Source: Chthoniobacterales bacterium
GTDB lineage: Bacteria; Verrucomicrobiota; Verrucomicrobiia; Chthoniobacterales; Chthoniobacteraceae
NCBI GenBank assembly: GCA_038207335.1
Contig: JBBQZX010000001.1
Span: 256,001 to 320,000, forward strand
Length of the DNA: 64,000 nucleotides
Direction: 5' to 3'
A program made the translations under genes and the position numbers. Positions 55,801 through 64,000 of the stretch are shown here, one piece after another. Every line of letters begins with the position of its first letter. The first letter of the stretch is position 1. The notes beneath the pieces are model-generated. The model searched no databases and had not been told where the DNA came from. It worked only from the letters and a program-made list of their open reading frames with translations.

Positions 55801-58046
55801 TTCAGCACGACGGTTGCGACGCCGTCGGGGTCGGTCACTTTCGCTGTGACGACGATCGCGTCGCCGCTGGTGGGCTGCGCGGGAGAAAGGGCGACCTGCC
55901 GGGTGGCTGGCGGGGCGTTCGTGGAAAACTGGAGGTTCTGCGCGCCGGGCGAAACGACGTCCGCGCCGGTGACGGGGAAGGCGGATGCACGCCAGTTCCC
56001 GCCGATGGTTTCGTCGAGCTGGGGATTGATGAGCTCGATGGAGGCGCCGTCGCCGTCGGCGGCGCTCGGCCAGGGGAAGTTGGGCTTGTAATCGACTTGG
56101 CTGATGACGGCGTCGGCGGCATTGCGGAGGCGGACATTTTCGCCGCTGCTGGAAAGACTGCCGATCCACGGACCGAGTGCCACTTTTCCATAAAGAGTCT
56201 GGATGGTGGAGGGTGACTGCGCGATGAGGAGATACGCACCGGGAGCGAGGGTGGTGCCGGAGGGGAAGTTGAAATCGACGGCGCTGGAGAGGCGCCAGCC
56301 GGTCATGTTGACCGTGGTCGTTCCGGCGTTGTAGAGCTCGATGAATTCGTTGAGGGAGGCGTTGTTGCCGCCGTTGTAGTGGATTTCGTTGATGACGATG
56401 CCGCGGGCGCTCGCCGCGCAGCTCAGGGTGAGACTTTGCTCAAAAAAGAGGCCGCCCGAGTCGGTGGAACGCAGCCGGATGGCGAAGGTCTGGCCCGCGA
56501 GAGCGGCGAAGGATTGCGCGGCACGGAGCTGGTGGCCGATGATGGAGAAGCGCGCGTTGTCGGTGGAGCCGGTGCCGGCGACGAGAGTGAAGGTGTGGGC
56601 GTCGTTGACGTTGGCGTCAGTGCTGAGGATGTTCGCGATGAAGGCGCCGGTCGTGGCGGCGGTGAAGACGACGGTGTTGTCGAGGGCGATGCCGGTCGGG
56701 GCGGCGGCGGGAGGGTTCAGGATGACGGAGACCTTGGCTGGCGCGGAGTTATATTTGCCGTCGCTCACCTTGAACGTGAACGAATCCGCCCCGATGGTGC
56801 CTGCCGCCGGGGTGTAGGTGGCGACGTTTCCGGCGAGGCTGACGGTGCCTTTCGCCGGGGACGTGACAATGGAGTAGGTGAGTGCGCCGCCATTCGGGTC
56901 GGTGGCGACGAGGGTGATTGTGCGGGCCGCGGGTTGGTTGACGAAGATGCCGCCCTGCGCGCTGGCGATCGGGATGCCAGGGTCGGCGGTGACGGAAAGC
57001 GTTTTGCTGTCTGTGAGTCCTCCGCCGCCAACTTCGGTGGCGGTGAGGGTGTAGGCGAAAGTCTGCGCGGCGCCCGCGAGATCGGGGATGGAGGTGGTGA
57101 AAGTTCCGGTGGCGTTGGAGCCGGAGTAGATGGTGGTCGCGCCGCGCTTGAGGACGACCGAGAGGGTGCCGGTGATGGGCGCGGTGTTGATGGTCCAGCC
57201 GAATTGGACGTTGTCGCCCTCGTAGGCCGTGACTTTATCCTGCGTGAACGAGGTGACCAGCGGAGGCGCGCTAAAGGCGGCCTTGAGCGAATTGCTGAGG
57301 GCGACGCCGTCTTCCACGGTGTCGTACATTTGCAGGTCGGCGACTAGGCCTGGGAAGGGATTGCCGCCGGTGCCGGTCATCGCGCCGAGACCGAAGGCGG
57401 AGGAGTTCCGGGCGGCGTTGGAGGGGACGTTCGTCGGCGTGCCGACCTGCGTGCCATCGACGAATAGCGTGAGCTTTCCGGTCGTGCCGTCATACGTCAG
57501 CACCGCGGCGTGAATGGCGTTCAGTGTCTGCGAGGCCGAGGTGATCGTGTAGTCGCTGTTGCCGGAAAATCCCGCGCCGCCAATCGCCGCCGAGCCGCTG
57601 CTCCAGCCGAGGCCAAAGTCATTCGTGACCCCGCCCTGCTCTCCGCCGACAAGGCCACTCCCGTTATACCAATTCCCCGCACCCGCGCCCGCGCTCGTCG
57701 CCTTGAAGACCGCCGCGACCGTAAAGGACGTCTTCCCCGCGATCGGATTCGAGCCTGCCGCCACGATGAAATATCGCCCACCGGAAAAGTTGATCCCCTT
57801 GTGCGAGCCGAACGCATTCGCCACGACGACAGGCGCGTTCACGGGCGACGCCGAGATGGTCGCGCCGGAGGTGCTCACCCAGTTCCCGCTCGTGTAATTG
57901 TCCGCGACCCAGTCCGCCACTTTGGCCGCGTGCGCCTGTCCACAGAGGAAACCGATCAGCCAGGCGAGCAGCAGAATGCTCCTCACCCGCGACGCAGCAT
58001 TCGGACGGATTTCGTAAGATCGAAGGAGTGGCTTATTCGTGAACAT
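52809..58046 (-). CDS. Large secreted protein: LamG-like + Ig/cadherin-like + lamin-tail domains + CotH kinase-like domain
   Basis: Signal peptide ending AHA; two LTD motifs (VINEIHY..EFIELYN, VISEIMYHP..EYLEIRN); CotH-like region (GNLYK, YDYWP..NN, DVDATW); C-terminal DxDxDG...EYALGTDP. Start codon uncertain. Confidence 0.8.
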   Translation of the reverse strand: MFTNKPLLRSYEIRPNAASRVRSILLLAWLIGFLCGQAHAAKVADWVADNYTSGNWVSTSGATISASPVNAPVVVANAFGSHKGINFSGGRYFIVAAGSNPIAGKTSFTVAAVFKATSAGAGAGNWYNGSGLVGGEQGGVTNDFGLGWSSGSAAIGGAGFSGNSDYTITSASQTLNAIHAAVLTYDGTTGKLTLFVDGTQVGTPTNVPSNAARNSSAFGLGAMTGTGGNPFPGLVADLQMYDTVEDGVALSNSLKAAFSAPPLVTSFTQDKVTAYEGDNVQFGWTINTAPITGTLSVVLKRGATTIYSGSNATGTFTTSIPDLAGAAQTFAYTLTATEVGGGGLTDSKTLSVTADPGIPIASAQGGIFVNQPAARTITLVATDPNGGALTYSIVTSPAKGTVSLAGNVATYTPAAGTIGADSFTFKVSDGKYNSAPAKVSVILNPPAAAPTGIALDNTVVFTAATTGAFIANILSTDANVNDAHTFTLVAGTGSTDNARFSIIGHQLRAAQSFAALAGQTFAIRLRSTDSGGLFFEQSLTLSCAASARGIVINEIHYNGGNNASLNEFIELYNAGTTTVNMTGWRLSSAVDFNFPSGTTLAPGAYLLIAQSPSTIQTLYGKVALGPWIGSLSSSGENVRLRNAADAVISQVDYKPNFPWPSAADGDGASIELINPQLDETIGGNWRASAFPVTGADVVSPGAQNLQFSTNAPPATRQVALSPAQPTSGDAIVVTAKVTDPDGVATVVLKYQIVAPGSFIPSTLPKAISGGQFVNVNAPLAANPAFEDPANWVTIPMNDDGIGADAQGGDSIYTATIPIQAKRTLIRYRIVVTDNPGASVRVPYADDPSLNFAAYVYDGVPDYQGTPSSTLTSLPTYHFLTRSGDWDQCVAFSAADQLTPATVSWTFENWEAAFVYEGVVHDHIQYRLHGANGRYSASGSPGAAATSKRAFKFIFNKGAYLQARDNDGINYPTTWKTMITENLWENRGTYTFSLNEALNFYVWNQLGVPAPFANFAHFRTVKQSAEQPDQWHGDFWGLMFVHEDYDGRFLDSHNLPKGNLYKLTKDTAVGVSQQRYQAAGAPTNGSDHDDIKNTLNGYSTEAFITGRVNVDLWSRYHAFAEAIRHYDYWPSGDNNAAYYFYPDYNAANNSKGVLWYFPNDVDATWGPTWNNGRDIVHNSIFDDTIDSSGSRGGDNGTHPNLYPRYYAQVREIRDLLWQPEQINPLIDQLAAVIQPFVNADFARWYGAPADAGNFAGLAGFGQSSSVGTTSLAAYVAGMKDFAFDADNNGSTWPGGDVSTGGRAAYLDFRQAENGESAAIPATPTLTFTGPGTHPVSALDFSKSAFADPQGAATFGAVQWRIAEVNTTANYIPGTKRLLEIHAAFDTGPVANNGTTFHFPASACVPGQRYRARVRQQDSTGHWSHWSAPAEFTAAAADLYPYTSSLVISEIMYHPTPPTTAEASAGWVEDDFEYLEIRNVGPAAIDLSDVRLTKGVDFDFPAYPGNILLQPGATTLVVRNIAAFNSRYGTGKPIAGQWQAGDSLKDTGEEIKLSFGAGTPIIDFSYKNIAPWPTQPDGLGYSLVLIAPETLPNPALGENWRASRVAGGSPGGDDRFTFSSWATAHSVTGGPDADDDSDGISNRVEYALGTDPRTADRTGGPVTALTAFDIGGGQTADYLTLTFRRQIGAEDISYHVEFATTLTAWGENGTLAASTFNGDGTITELWRASIPANGAPAQFDRLRITAP

Positions 58047-58093
58047 CGGCGAGGGGAACCTGTAAGCGTCCGCGATGCTGCCGCGCATTCAAG

Positions 58094-58324
58094 GAGTTTC
58101 CGGGTCAAACTTTAGAGTTTCCCGGTCACTGGCCCTCTGTAATCGAATGTCGCAGACGCGTTACACTCGAGGGAATTTATCGTCTCTCGCATCCGAATCG
58201 ACCGCCTTGACGTGCACTCAGCCTTGCTCTCAAAAATAACTTTATAGGAGGTTCCCGGTCAGGTTTTGGAGAAATCCGGTCACGCTACAGAGTAAGCCGG
58301 ATCCACGACCACTTTTCCCGTAAG
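58094..58324. promoter_or_regulatory. Array of 14-bp direct repeats (consensus GAGTTTCCCGGTCA) at 21-bp spacing in a divergent promoter region
   Basis: Copies at 58094 and 58115, then 58248 and 58269, with weaker copies at 58290 and 58311. Confidence 0.7.
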
Positions 58325-58399
58325 GTCGCGATTTACATTCCGTGGCATCGCCAGTTCATTCCGCTGCCCTCTCCCGCCGCCCACAACCCACTCAGTCTT

Positions 58400-60862
58400 A
58401 TGAAAACCTCTCGTCCCTCCAAAGTCCTCGCCACCAGCATCGCCGCCGTCATCCTCGCAGGCTCCGCAGTGACCGTCTTCGCTGATGTTCAATGGAACGG
58501 CTCCGTCAGCAATAATTTCAATGACGCTGCCAACTGGACCGGCGGTTCGCCTTTCGGCCAAAATGCCTACATCGGCATCCCGGGCAGCGGCTTCGGAGGT
58601 GTCGCAGCGCCCTTTACGGCGACGATCACCCAAGATTTCCCGAGCGCAGTGATCGACCTCCAAGTCGCGCGCGGCGGCGGTGGACCGGGGGTGCTCAACC
58701 ATTTGGCTGGTGCGGCGGTGACGGGTGGCGGTAACTGGACGGACATCGGCACTGCGGGAGCCACCGGCACTTACAATCTCGCGAACGTTGGTGCTACCGG
58801 TGGTGCGCTGACAGGGTTTGGGACAGGTTCTGGCAGTCTCCAGACGAATCGAATTTACGTTGGCGGCGTCGCGTTCGATAACGCAGGAGGAACTGGTAAT
58901 TTTAATATCAACACGTCCGGGACTGTGAATGTCGGGAATCGGGTTTATGTCGGCACGCAAAACGGGATGGGAACGTTGCGACTGGACAACGGCACACTCG
59001 CGATCGGCAACGACCTCTCGGTCGGCGTCAACGCGGGGACGGGCGTTTTCAACATGTCTGGCGGCACCGTGACAACCGGCGGCTGGAATTTCATCGGCAG
59101 GTCCGACGGCGGTGATGGCCCGGCGCTCGATGGGGGAAATGGCACGGTAATCATGAGCGGCGGCACCCTCACCAACAATGGCGCACGTACGTTTGTTGGC
59201 CTTGGAAACACAACAGGCTCGATCGTTTTAAATGGCGGTATCTACAACAATACCTTGGACAATAACGACACTCAATTTGCTGTCGGTGCGAAGAACTTGG
59301 CCAACGCCACTACGCCAAGCGTTACAGTCACCAGCGGCACGCTGAACGTGAACAAGTTGCTCGCGATCGGAGGCAACGAGGGGTTTGTAGGAAACGGCGA
59401 TGCGAATTTTGTCGGAGCAGGAAAGGGCAGTTTAACGCTCAACGGAGCTAGCGGCCTCGTCAACGTCACTGGTGAGACATGGGTTGGGGACCTCGCTGGG
59501 AGCACCGGCGATGCGACTGTCAGTGCGGGTGAGTTTCGGACCAACAACTGGATCGCGGTGGGGCGGAATGGTGCGACTGGAAATCTTAACATCAGTGGCA
59601 CAGGTCTTATTAACAAAACCGGCAATGGCGACATCACGGTAGGCACGGGCACCGGGGGCGTCGGCAAGATCATCCAGACCGGCGGCACACTGAACGCAGC
59701 CTCGAATGTGCTACTCGGTGAGAACGGAACGGGCGACGGCGCGTGGAATCTGACCGCCGGCACGGCGACCGTTGCGGGTGCGGTCAATATCGCGATCAGC
59801 CAGAGTGCGAAAGGTGCCCTCACGGTCGGCGGCACGGGGACACTCACCGCGGGAACGATCCGCGATGGCTGGGGCAACGCAGGTGGCGGTCTCACGCAGG
59901 GAACGACGACCGTTAACGCAGGGGGCACGATCAACATCACCGGAGCCGGCGATTCTTTCCAAATCGGTGACAATAGTGGCACGGGCTTGCTGACCATCGC
60001 TGGCGGTGCGATCAATTTCAACGCGGGCGGCAACTTTGTCGTGGGCTGGGGCGGCACCGCGAGTGGCACGGTCAATCACAACAGCGGCTCGCTCACCACC
60101 GCGGGCAACGTTTCGCTCGGAGGCGGATTCGACGGCACCAATGTTCAGAACATCTCCGGCACGGAAACCTACAATATCCACGGCGGCACACTGTCGGCGG
60201 CGAATCTCTTCATTGCGCGCGGCAATGCGGGCACCTCGAACTTCTTGCAAGACGGCGGCACGGTCACTGTCTCCAACACCCTTGATGTGCAAGGCTTGAG
60301 CACCGGCACCTACAGCCTCTCCGGCGGGCGCCTGAACATCGACGGCACGGCTGACCTCACGAACGGCACCTTTGCCTTCACCGGAGGCAAAGTCTCCCGA
60401 AGCACTGCCGGTTCCATCGCCCTCAATGGCAACCTGACCTCCGGCAACTCCGCCGCGACGCTGAAGCTCGACGCCGACAAGACCTTCGCGTTGAGCGGCG
60501 CTTTCGACAAAACGATCGGCATCACGCTCGAGCTCACCGGCCTCACCATCCCGGCCTACAGCGGCGCGGGCATCGACACCGGCACCTTCTCGCTCGGCAC
60601 CGTCGGCAGCATTGTCGGGACCTTCGGCCCCGCGACCGACTTCATCACCGGCCTCGTGAACACTCCCGGCGCCACCTTTATCTCAGAAACAGCTGGCGAG
60701 ACCACGACCTACAATCCGGCAGCGCAGAGCGTCTATTGGGTTCAGGAAAATGCGGGCGCGGTCACGCTGAAATACAGCGTCGTTCCCGAGCCAGCGAGCC
60801 TCTCGCTGCTCGCCCTCGGTGGCATCCTCGCCGGCATGAGCCGCCGCCGGCGGGAGAGTTGA
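58400..60862 (+). CDS. PEP-CTERM sorting-domain protein with Gly/Thr/Asn-rich beta-strand repeats
   Basis: Signal peptide; repeated IG..G.G.L.ISGG units; C-terminal VPEPASLSLLALGGILAGMSRRRRES. Confidence 0.93.
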   Translation: MKTSRPSKVLATSIAAVILAGSAVTVFADVQWNGSVSNNFNDAANWTGGSPFGQNAYIGIPGSGFGGVAAPFTATITQDFPSAVIDLQVARGGGGPGVLNHLAGAAVTGGGNWTDIGTAGATGTYNLANVGATGGALTGFGTGSGSLQTNRIYVGGVAFDNAGGTGNFNINTSGTVNVGNRVYVGTQNGMGTLRLDNGTLAIGNDLSVGVNAGTGVFNMSGGTVTTGGWNFIGRSDGGDGPALDGGNGTVIMSGGTLTNNGARTFVGLGNTTGSIVLNGGIYNNTLDNNDTQFAVGAKNLANATTPSVTVTSGTLNVNKLLAIGGNEGFVGNGDANFVGAGKGSLTLNGASGLVNVTGETWVGDLAGSTGDATVSAGEFRTNNWIAVGRNGATGNLNISGTGLINKTGNGDITVGTGTGGVGKIIQTGGTLNAASNVLLGENGTGDGAWNLTAGTATVAGAVNIAISQSAKGALTVGGTGTLTAGTIRDGWGNAGGGLTQGTTTVNAGGTINITGAGDSFQIGDNSGTGLLTIAGGAINFNAGGNFVVGWGGTASGTVNHNSGSLTTAGNVSLGGGFDGTNVQNISGTETYNIHGGTLSAANLFIARGNAGTSNFLQDGGTVTVSNTLDVQGLSTGTYSLSGGRLNIDGTADLTNGTFAFTGGKVSRSTAGSIALNGNLTSGNSAATLKLDADKTFALSGAFDKTIGITLELTGLTIPAYSGAGIDTGTFSLGTVGSIVGTFGPATDFITGLVNTPGATFISETAGETTTYNPAAQSVYWVQENAGAVTLKYSVVPEPASLSLLALGGILAGMSRRRRES

Positions 60863-60915
60863 GAGTCTGTAGTAGAGGGTTCGGAGTTTCGTCCGATAAT
60901 CTTGCTTCAAGTTTG

Positions 60916-60953
60916 AAGCGCCGCTCCGGTTCACCGGAGCGGCGTTTGGCTTT
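60916..60953. terminator. Probable intrinsic terminator between convergent genes
   Basis: Perfect 11-bp stem cgccgctccgg / ccggagcggcg with a ttca loop, followed by tttggcttt on the + strand. Confidence 0.65.
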
Positions 60954-60956
60954 CCG

Positions 60957-61034
60957 TTGTAGCTGTGATCGTTGAGCTTGGTCGCCGACCGTATCGGCAG
61001 ACAACTCCACGCCGGCATCAACGATCCCGACTAC
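60957..61034. repeat. Inverted REP doublet (REPIN-like, GTAG family)
   Basis: Left arm GTAGctgtgatcgttgagcttgg. The right arm's reverse complement, GTAGtcgggatcgttgatgccgg, closely matches the copy at 19990 (GTAGccgggatcggtgatcccgg). Confidence 0.65.
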
Positions 61035-61043
61035 GGCGAAGCC

Positions 61044-61655
61044 TCACCCTTCCAAATACCGCTTCAGCCGTTCGCGGAGATCCGTCCGAGCGCGGAAGAG
61101 CACGCTCTTCACCGCTGGCACCGTGAGGTCGAGAATCTCCCCGATTTCCTCGTAAGAAAACTCGTCATATCGTCGCAAGATGATCGCCATCCGCTGCGTC
61201 TCCGGTAGCTCGTCGATCGCCGCTTGGATCGCCCGTTGCATCTCCTCGTCGAGCATCGCCGTGTCCGGCGCTTTCGTCCCCGCGTCCTCATACTGCATCG
61301 GCGCGTCGCCCGGCTCGGACACGGCGTCCATCGAATGCACGGGATGCCGGTTGCGCCGTCGCATTTCATTAAAAACCAGATTGCGCGTGATCTTGAAAAG
61401 CCACGTCGTGAACTTCGCCGTAGGTTCGTAACGCGGTGCTGCGCGCCACACGCGGATGAAGACCTGCTGCGCCACGTCTTCCGCTGCCGCCGCATCGCCG
61501 AGCATCTTCGCCACCACGCCAATCACCTGATGCTGATGCGCCTCCACGAGTTCGCGAAACGCCTCCGTGTCGCCCGTCTTCACGCGCTCCATCCACAGAA
61601 AATCCTGCGCGCTGGAATCGGGCGATTCGGGCGGAGTGAGCGGCGCGTCAGTCAT
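61044..61655 (-). CDS. ECF RNA polymerase sigma factor
   Basis: AEDVAQQVFIRVW and FTTWLFKITRN; region 4 LPETQR...SYEEIGEIL...VKSVLFRAR. Start set at ATG 61655. Confidence 0.93.
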   Translation of the reverse strand: MTDAPLTPPESPDSSAQDFLWMERVKTGDTEAFRELVEAHQHQVIGVVAKMLGDAAAAEDVAQQVFIRVWRAAPRYEPTAKFTTWLFKITRNLVFNEMRRRNRHPVHSMDAVSEPGDAPMQYEDAGTKAPDTAMLDEEMQRAIQAAIDELPETQRMAIILRRYDEFSYEEIGEILDLTVPAVKSVLFRARTDLRERLKRYLEG

Positions 61656-61806
61656 CGAGGGGCATTGGAAAATTGAAGCCGCGAGCCTCGCAGGGCAAGC
61701 GCTCCGCATAAATCCGTCGCCGCGCTCGTGGCGGTCGCTGCATTAAAAATCGAGCCCGCCCGGCATCTTGCAATCACCACCTGCGCCACTAGCTTTCCCG
61801 CCTCCG

Positions 61807-62940
61807 ATGCCACTCGCCGCCAAGCTCATACCGACGCAACTCCGCCCGATTTTCGATAAAGTCTCCGCCGGTATCCGCATCTCCGACAGCGACGCGCTCG
61901 CGCTCTACGCATCCGATGAAATCAACGCGCTCGGCACGATCGCGAACATCATCCGCGAGCGAAAAAACGGCAACGTCGCGACCTTCATCCACAACCAATA
62001 CGTCAACTACTCGAACATCTGCCTGCTCTCCTGCCAGTTCTGCGCGTTCGGCGCGAAGCGGCGCGAGGCCCACGCCTTCGAACTGAGCATCGACGAGATC
62101 GTGGAAAAAGTGCGCACGGGTGTGGCGAATGGAATCACCGAAGTCCACATGGTCGGCGGGCTGCATCCGACGTTGAAAAAGGAGTGGTATCTCGAGTTGC
62201 TCACGCGTCTGCGCGCGCTCGACCCGGCGCTTTTTTTGAAGGCATTCACCGCGATTGAAATCCGGCATCTCGCCGGGCGCGTTTTTAAAATGCCGATCGA
62301 GCAAACGCTGCGAACCCTGATGGAAGCAGGCCTCGGCGCGATCACGGGTGGCGGCGCGGAGATCTTCGCCCCCGCGATTCGCGAGCAGATTTGCCGTGGA
62401 AAAGAGAGCGCTGAGGAGTGGCTGGAGGTCCATCGCATCTGGCACGGACTCGGGATGCGGAGCACCTCGACGATGCTTTTCGGCCACATCGAAACGCACG
62501 CCGATCGCGTCGATCACCTCAGCCATCTTCGCGAGTTGCAGGATGAAACCAGCGGCTTCACCGGCTTTGTCCCATTCGCCTTCGAGCCAGAGGGCGCGCG
62601 CCCCGAGCTGAAGCACATCCCGCACGCTACTGCGCACGAGTGCCTCAAGAACCTCGCGATCAGCCGCATCTATTTGGACAACTTCGACCACATCACCGCC
62701 TACTGGATCAGCCTCGGACTGCCTCTCGCCTCGGTCGCCTTGAACTACGGAATCGACGACCTGCACGGCACCATCGCGGAGGAGAAAATCTTCCACATGG
62801 CCGGCGCGACTACGCCGCAGCAGCAGTCGATCGCCGCGATGGAAAAAGCGATCCGCGAGGCCGGCCGCGAGCCGATGCAGCGCGACACCTGTTACCGCCG
62901 CATCACCCGCGAACCCGTTCCAGCACTGGCTTTCGCGTGA
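61807..62940 (+). CDS. mqnE: Aminodeoxyfutalosine synthase (radical SAM, CofH/MqnE family)
   Basis: CLLSCQFC; HMVGGLHP and KAFTAIEI favour MqnE over MqnC; GGGAEIF, TMLFGHIE; adjacent to mqnA. Confidence 0.85.
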   Translation: MPLAAKLIPTQLRPIFDKVSAGIRISDSDALALYASDEINALGTIANIIRERKNGNVATFIHNQYVNYSNICLLSCQFCAFGAKRREAHAFELSIDEIVEKVRTGVANGITEVHMVGGLHPTLKKEWYLELLTRLRALDPALFLKAFTAIEIRHLAGRVFKMPIEQTLRTLMEAGLGAITGGGAEIFAPAIREQICRGKESAEEWLEVHRIWHGLGMRSTSTMLFGHIETHADRVDHLSHLRELQDETSGFTGFVPFAFEPEGARPELKHIPHATAHECLKNLAISRIYLDNFDHITAYWISLGLPLASVALNYGIDDLHGTIAEEKIFHMAGATTPQQQSIAAMEKAIREAGREPMQRDTCYRRITREPVPALAFA

Positions 62941-63710
62941 ATCGTTGGACTGCGCTGCACGCGCTTCGCATTGGGTGCGTGAAGTATCTCAACGCGAAGC
63001 CGCTCATTCACGCGTACGACGGCGAGGTGGTTTTCGATCATCCATCCGCGCTCGCACGCGGCATCTCGCGTGGCGATTTGGATGCTGGGCTCGTGCCGAT
63101 TTTCGAGGCGCTCGGGGCGCGCGATTATCTCGCTGTCGATGGCGTTGCGATTGCGTGCGACGGGCCGGTCTTCAGCGTCTTCCTCGCGTATCGCGGCGCG
63201 CTCGCGGATGTGCGCACGATCGCACTCGACCCGGCGTCGCTAACCTCGGTGAATTTGCTCAAAGTGTTGCTCTCGGAGTTTCACGGGATGCGTCCCGAAT
63301 TCGTGGACGTAGGAGTTCCCGCTGACGCCGAGTTGCTCATCGGAAATCAGGCGATCGAGTTCAGGCGCGAGCATGCCGCGACCCATCGCTTTCTCGATCT
63401 CGGCGAGGAGTGGAAACGCTGCACCGGATTGCCGTTCGTCTTTGCGCTGTGGCTGCTGCGACCGGGTTTGGCGGGCGTCGTGGAGATCGCGGAAGCGTTC
63501 CGCGCACTACAGCGCGACGGGCTCGCGCGGTTGCCCGAGATCGTCGTGAGCGCGACGGAGTTCGACGCGGCGTTTCGACAGCGCTATCTCACCGAGCACA
63601 TCCGCTTTGGACTCGGCGCGCGGGAGAAGGAGGCAGTTGAAAAGTTCCGCGCTCTGCTGCCCGCGCACGGCTTGGTCGCAGTGCACGGCAGTGAGTTGAG
63701 CTATGTGTAG
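62937..63710 (+). CDS. mqnA: Chorismate dehydratase (futalosine pathway)
   Basis: RIGCVKYLNAKPL, GPVFSV, SLTSVNL, LLIG and DLGEEW..TGLPFVFALW. GTG start overlaps the mqnE stop. Confidence 0.9.
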   Translation: MNRWTALHALRIGCVKYLNAKPLIHAYDGEVVFDHPSALARGISRGDLDAGLVPIFEALGARDYLAVDGVAIACDGPVFSVFLAYRGALADVRTIALDPASLTSVNLLKVLLSEFHGMRPEFVDVGVPADAELLIGNQAIEFRREHAATHRFLDLGEEWKRCTGLPFVFALWLLRPGLAGVVEIAEAFRALQRDGLARLPEIVVSATEFDAAFRQRYLTEHIRFGLGAREKEAVEKFRALLPAHGLVAVHGSELSYV

Positions 63711-63716
63711 CGCGTC

Positions 63717-64000
63717 TTACGGCGTGGGCTTTTTCTCCAAGATCCCCTTCACCGCGCGCAGAGGGATCGACGCGAAATCCGGGCGGTAGGCCATCTCATA
63801 GCCGATCTCGTAGATCGCCTTGTCGAGCACGAAAGCCTCCAGCAGGAGATTCAGATCCGTCTCGTTGTCCGGGATGAACGGCGCGCCTTTCGTCGTCTCG
63901 AGATACGCTTTCAGGAAGACATCGCTGATCGTCGTCGCCCACGCCGCCGCCCACGGCTGCAGGAACGCCGCGTCCTCCGCGCGCCGATTCGACACCGCGA
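63717..64000 (-). CDS. Maltokinase-like domain (Mak/Pep2, possibly TreS-fused), C-terminal part; starts outside the window
   Basis: FLKAYLE...LLLEAFVLDKAIYEIGYEMAYRPDFASIPL matches the maltokinase C-terminus. Confidence 0.8.
   Translation of the reverse strand, partial: AVSNRRAEDAAFLQPWAAAWATTISDVFLKAYLETTKGAPFIPDNETDLNLLLEAFVLDKAIYEIGYEMAYRPDFASIPLRAVKGILEKKPTP

Noticed and set aside
52607..56216. Pro/Ser-rich 530-aa ORF and + strand ORFs of 439 and 586 aa
   Set aside because: Alternative-frame and antisense products of the strongly skewed CotH gene; low complexity with no motifs.

Overview
High-GC bacterial chromosomal segment, most likely Verrucomicrobiota (Chthoniobacter-like). This is inferred from a PEP-CTERM protein, a PVC-type CxxCH propeller protein, a CotH/LTD surface protein, RNase HIII and futalosine-pathway genes. 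About 50 CDS are present, mostly housekeeping: uvrA, mutY-like, rnhC, HU/IHF, SNF2 helicase, rpsT, rpsP, khpA, ffh, mnmA, corA, an Hsp70 paralog, an ECF sigma factor and mqnE/mqnA. There is also a complete 12-gene alternative complex III (actABCDEFG)-SCO-caa3 oxidase operon and a truncated, translationally coupled flavoprotein/DUF2064/rhodanese/HTH-MBL operon at the left edge. I saw no tRNA, rRNA, CRISPR array, integrase or transposase. The least explained signals lie below gene level. (i) REP-like palindromes are inserted in frame inside genes (the PVC protein and probably uvrA). (ii) Three tracts are built on a 21/42-bp register with a TTTCC(C/G)G-like core (10.9-11.2 kb in-gene; 52.6-52.8 kb and 58.1-58.3 kb intergenic). 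(iii) Local G/C-skew switches occur near some of these elements and appear partly independent of gene direction. Other oddities are a TIR-like membrane protein apparently lacking its catalytic Glu, an LpxL-WaaF fusion, a stand-alone HisKA-like miniprotein and a 58-aa lipoprotein missed by the ORF track. All family calls are from motif recognition by eye; no searches were run.
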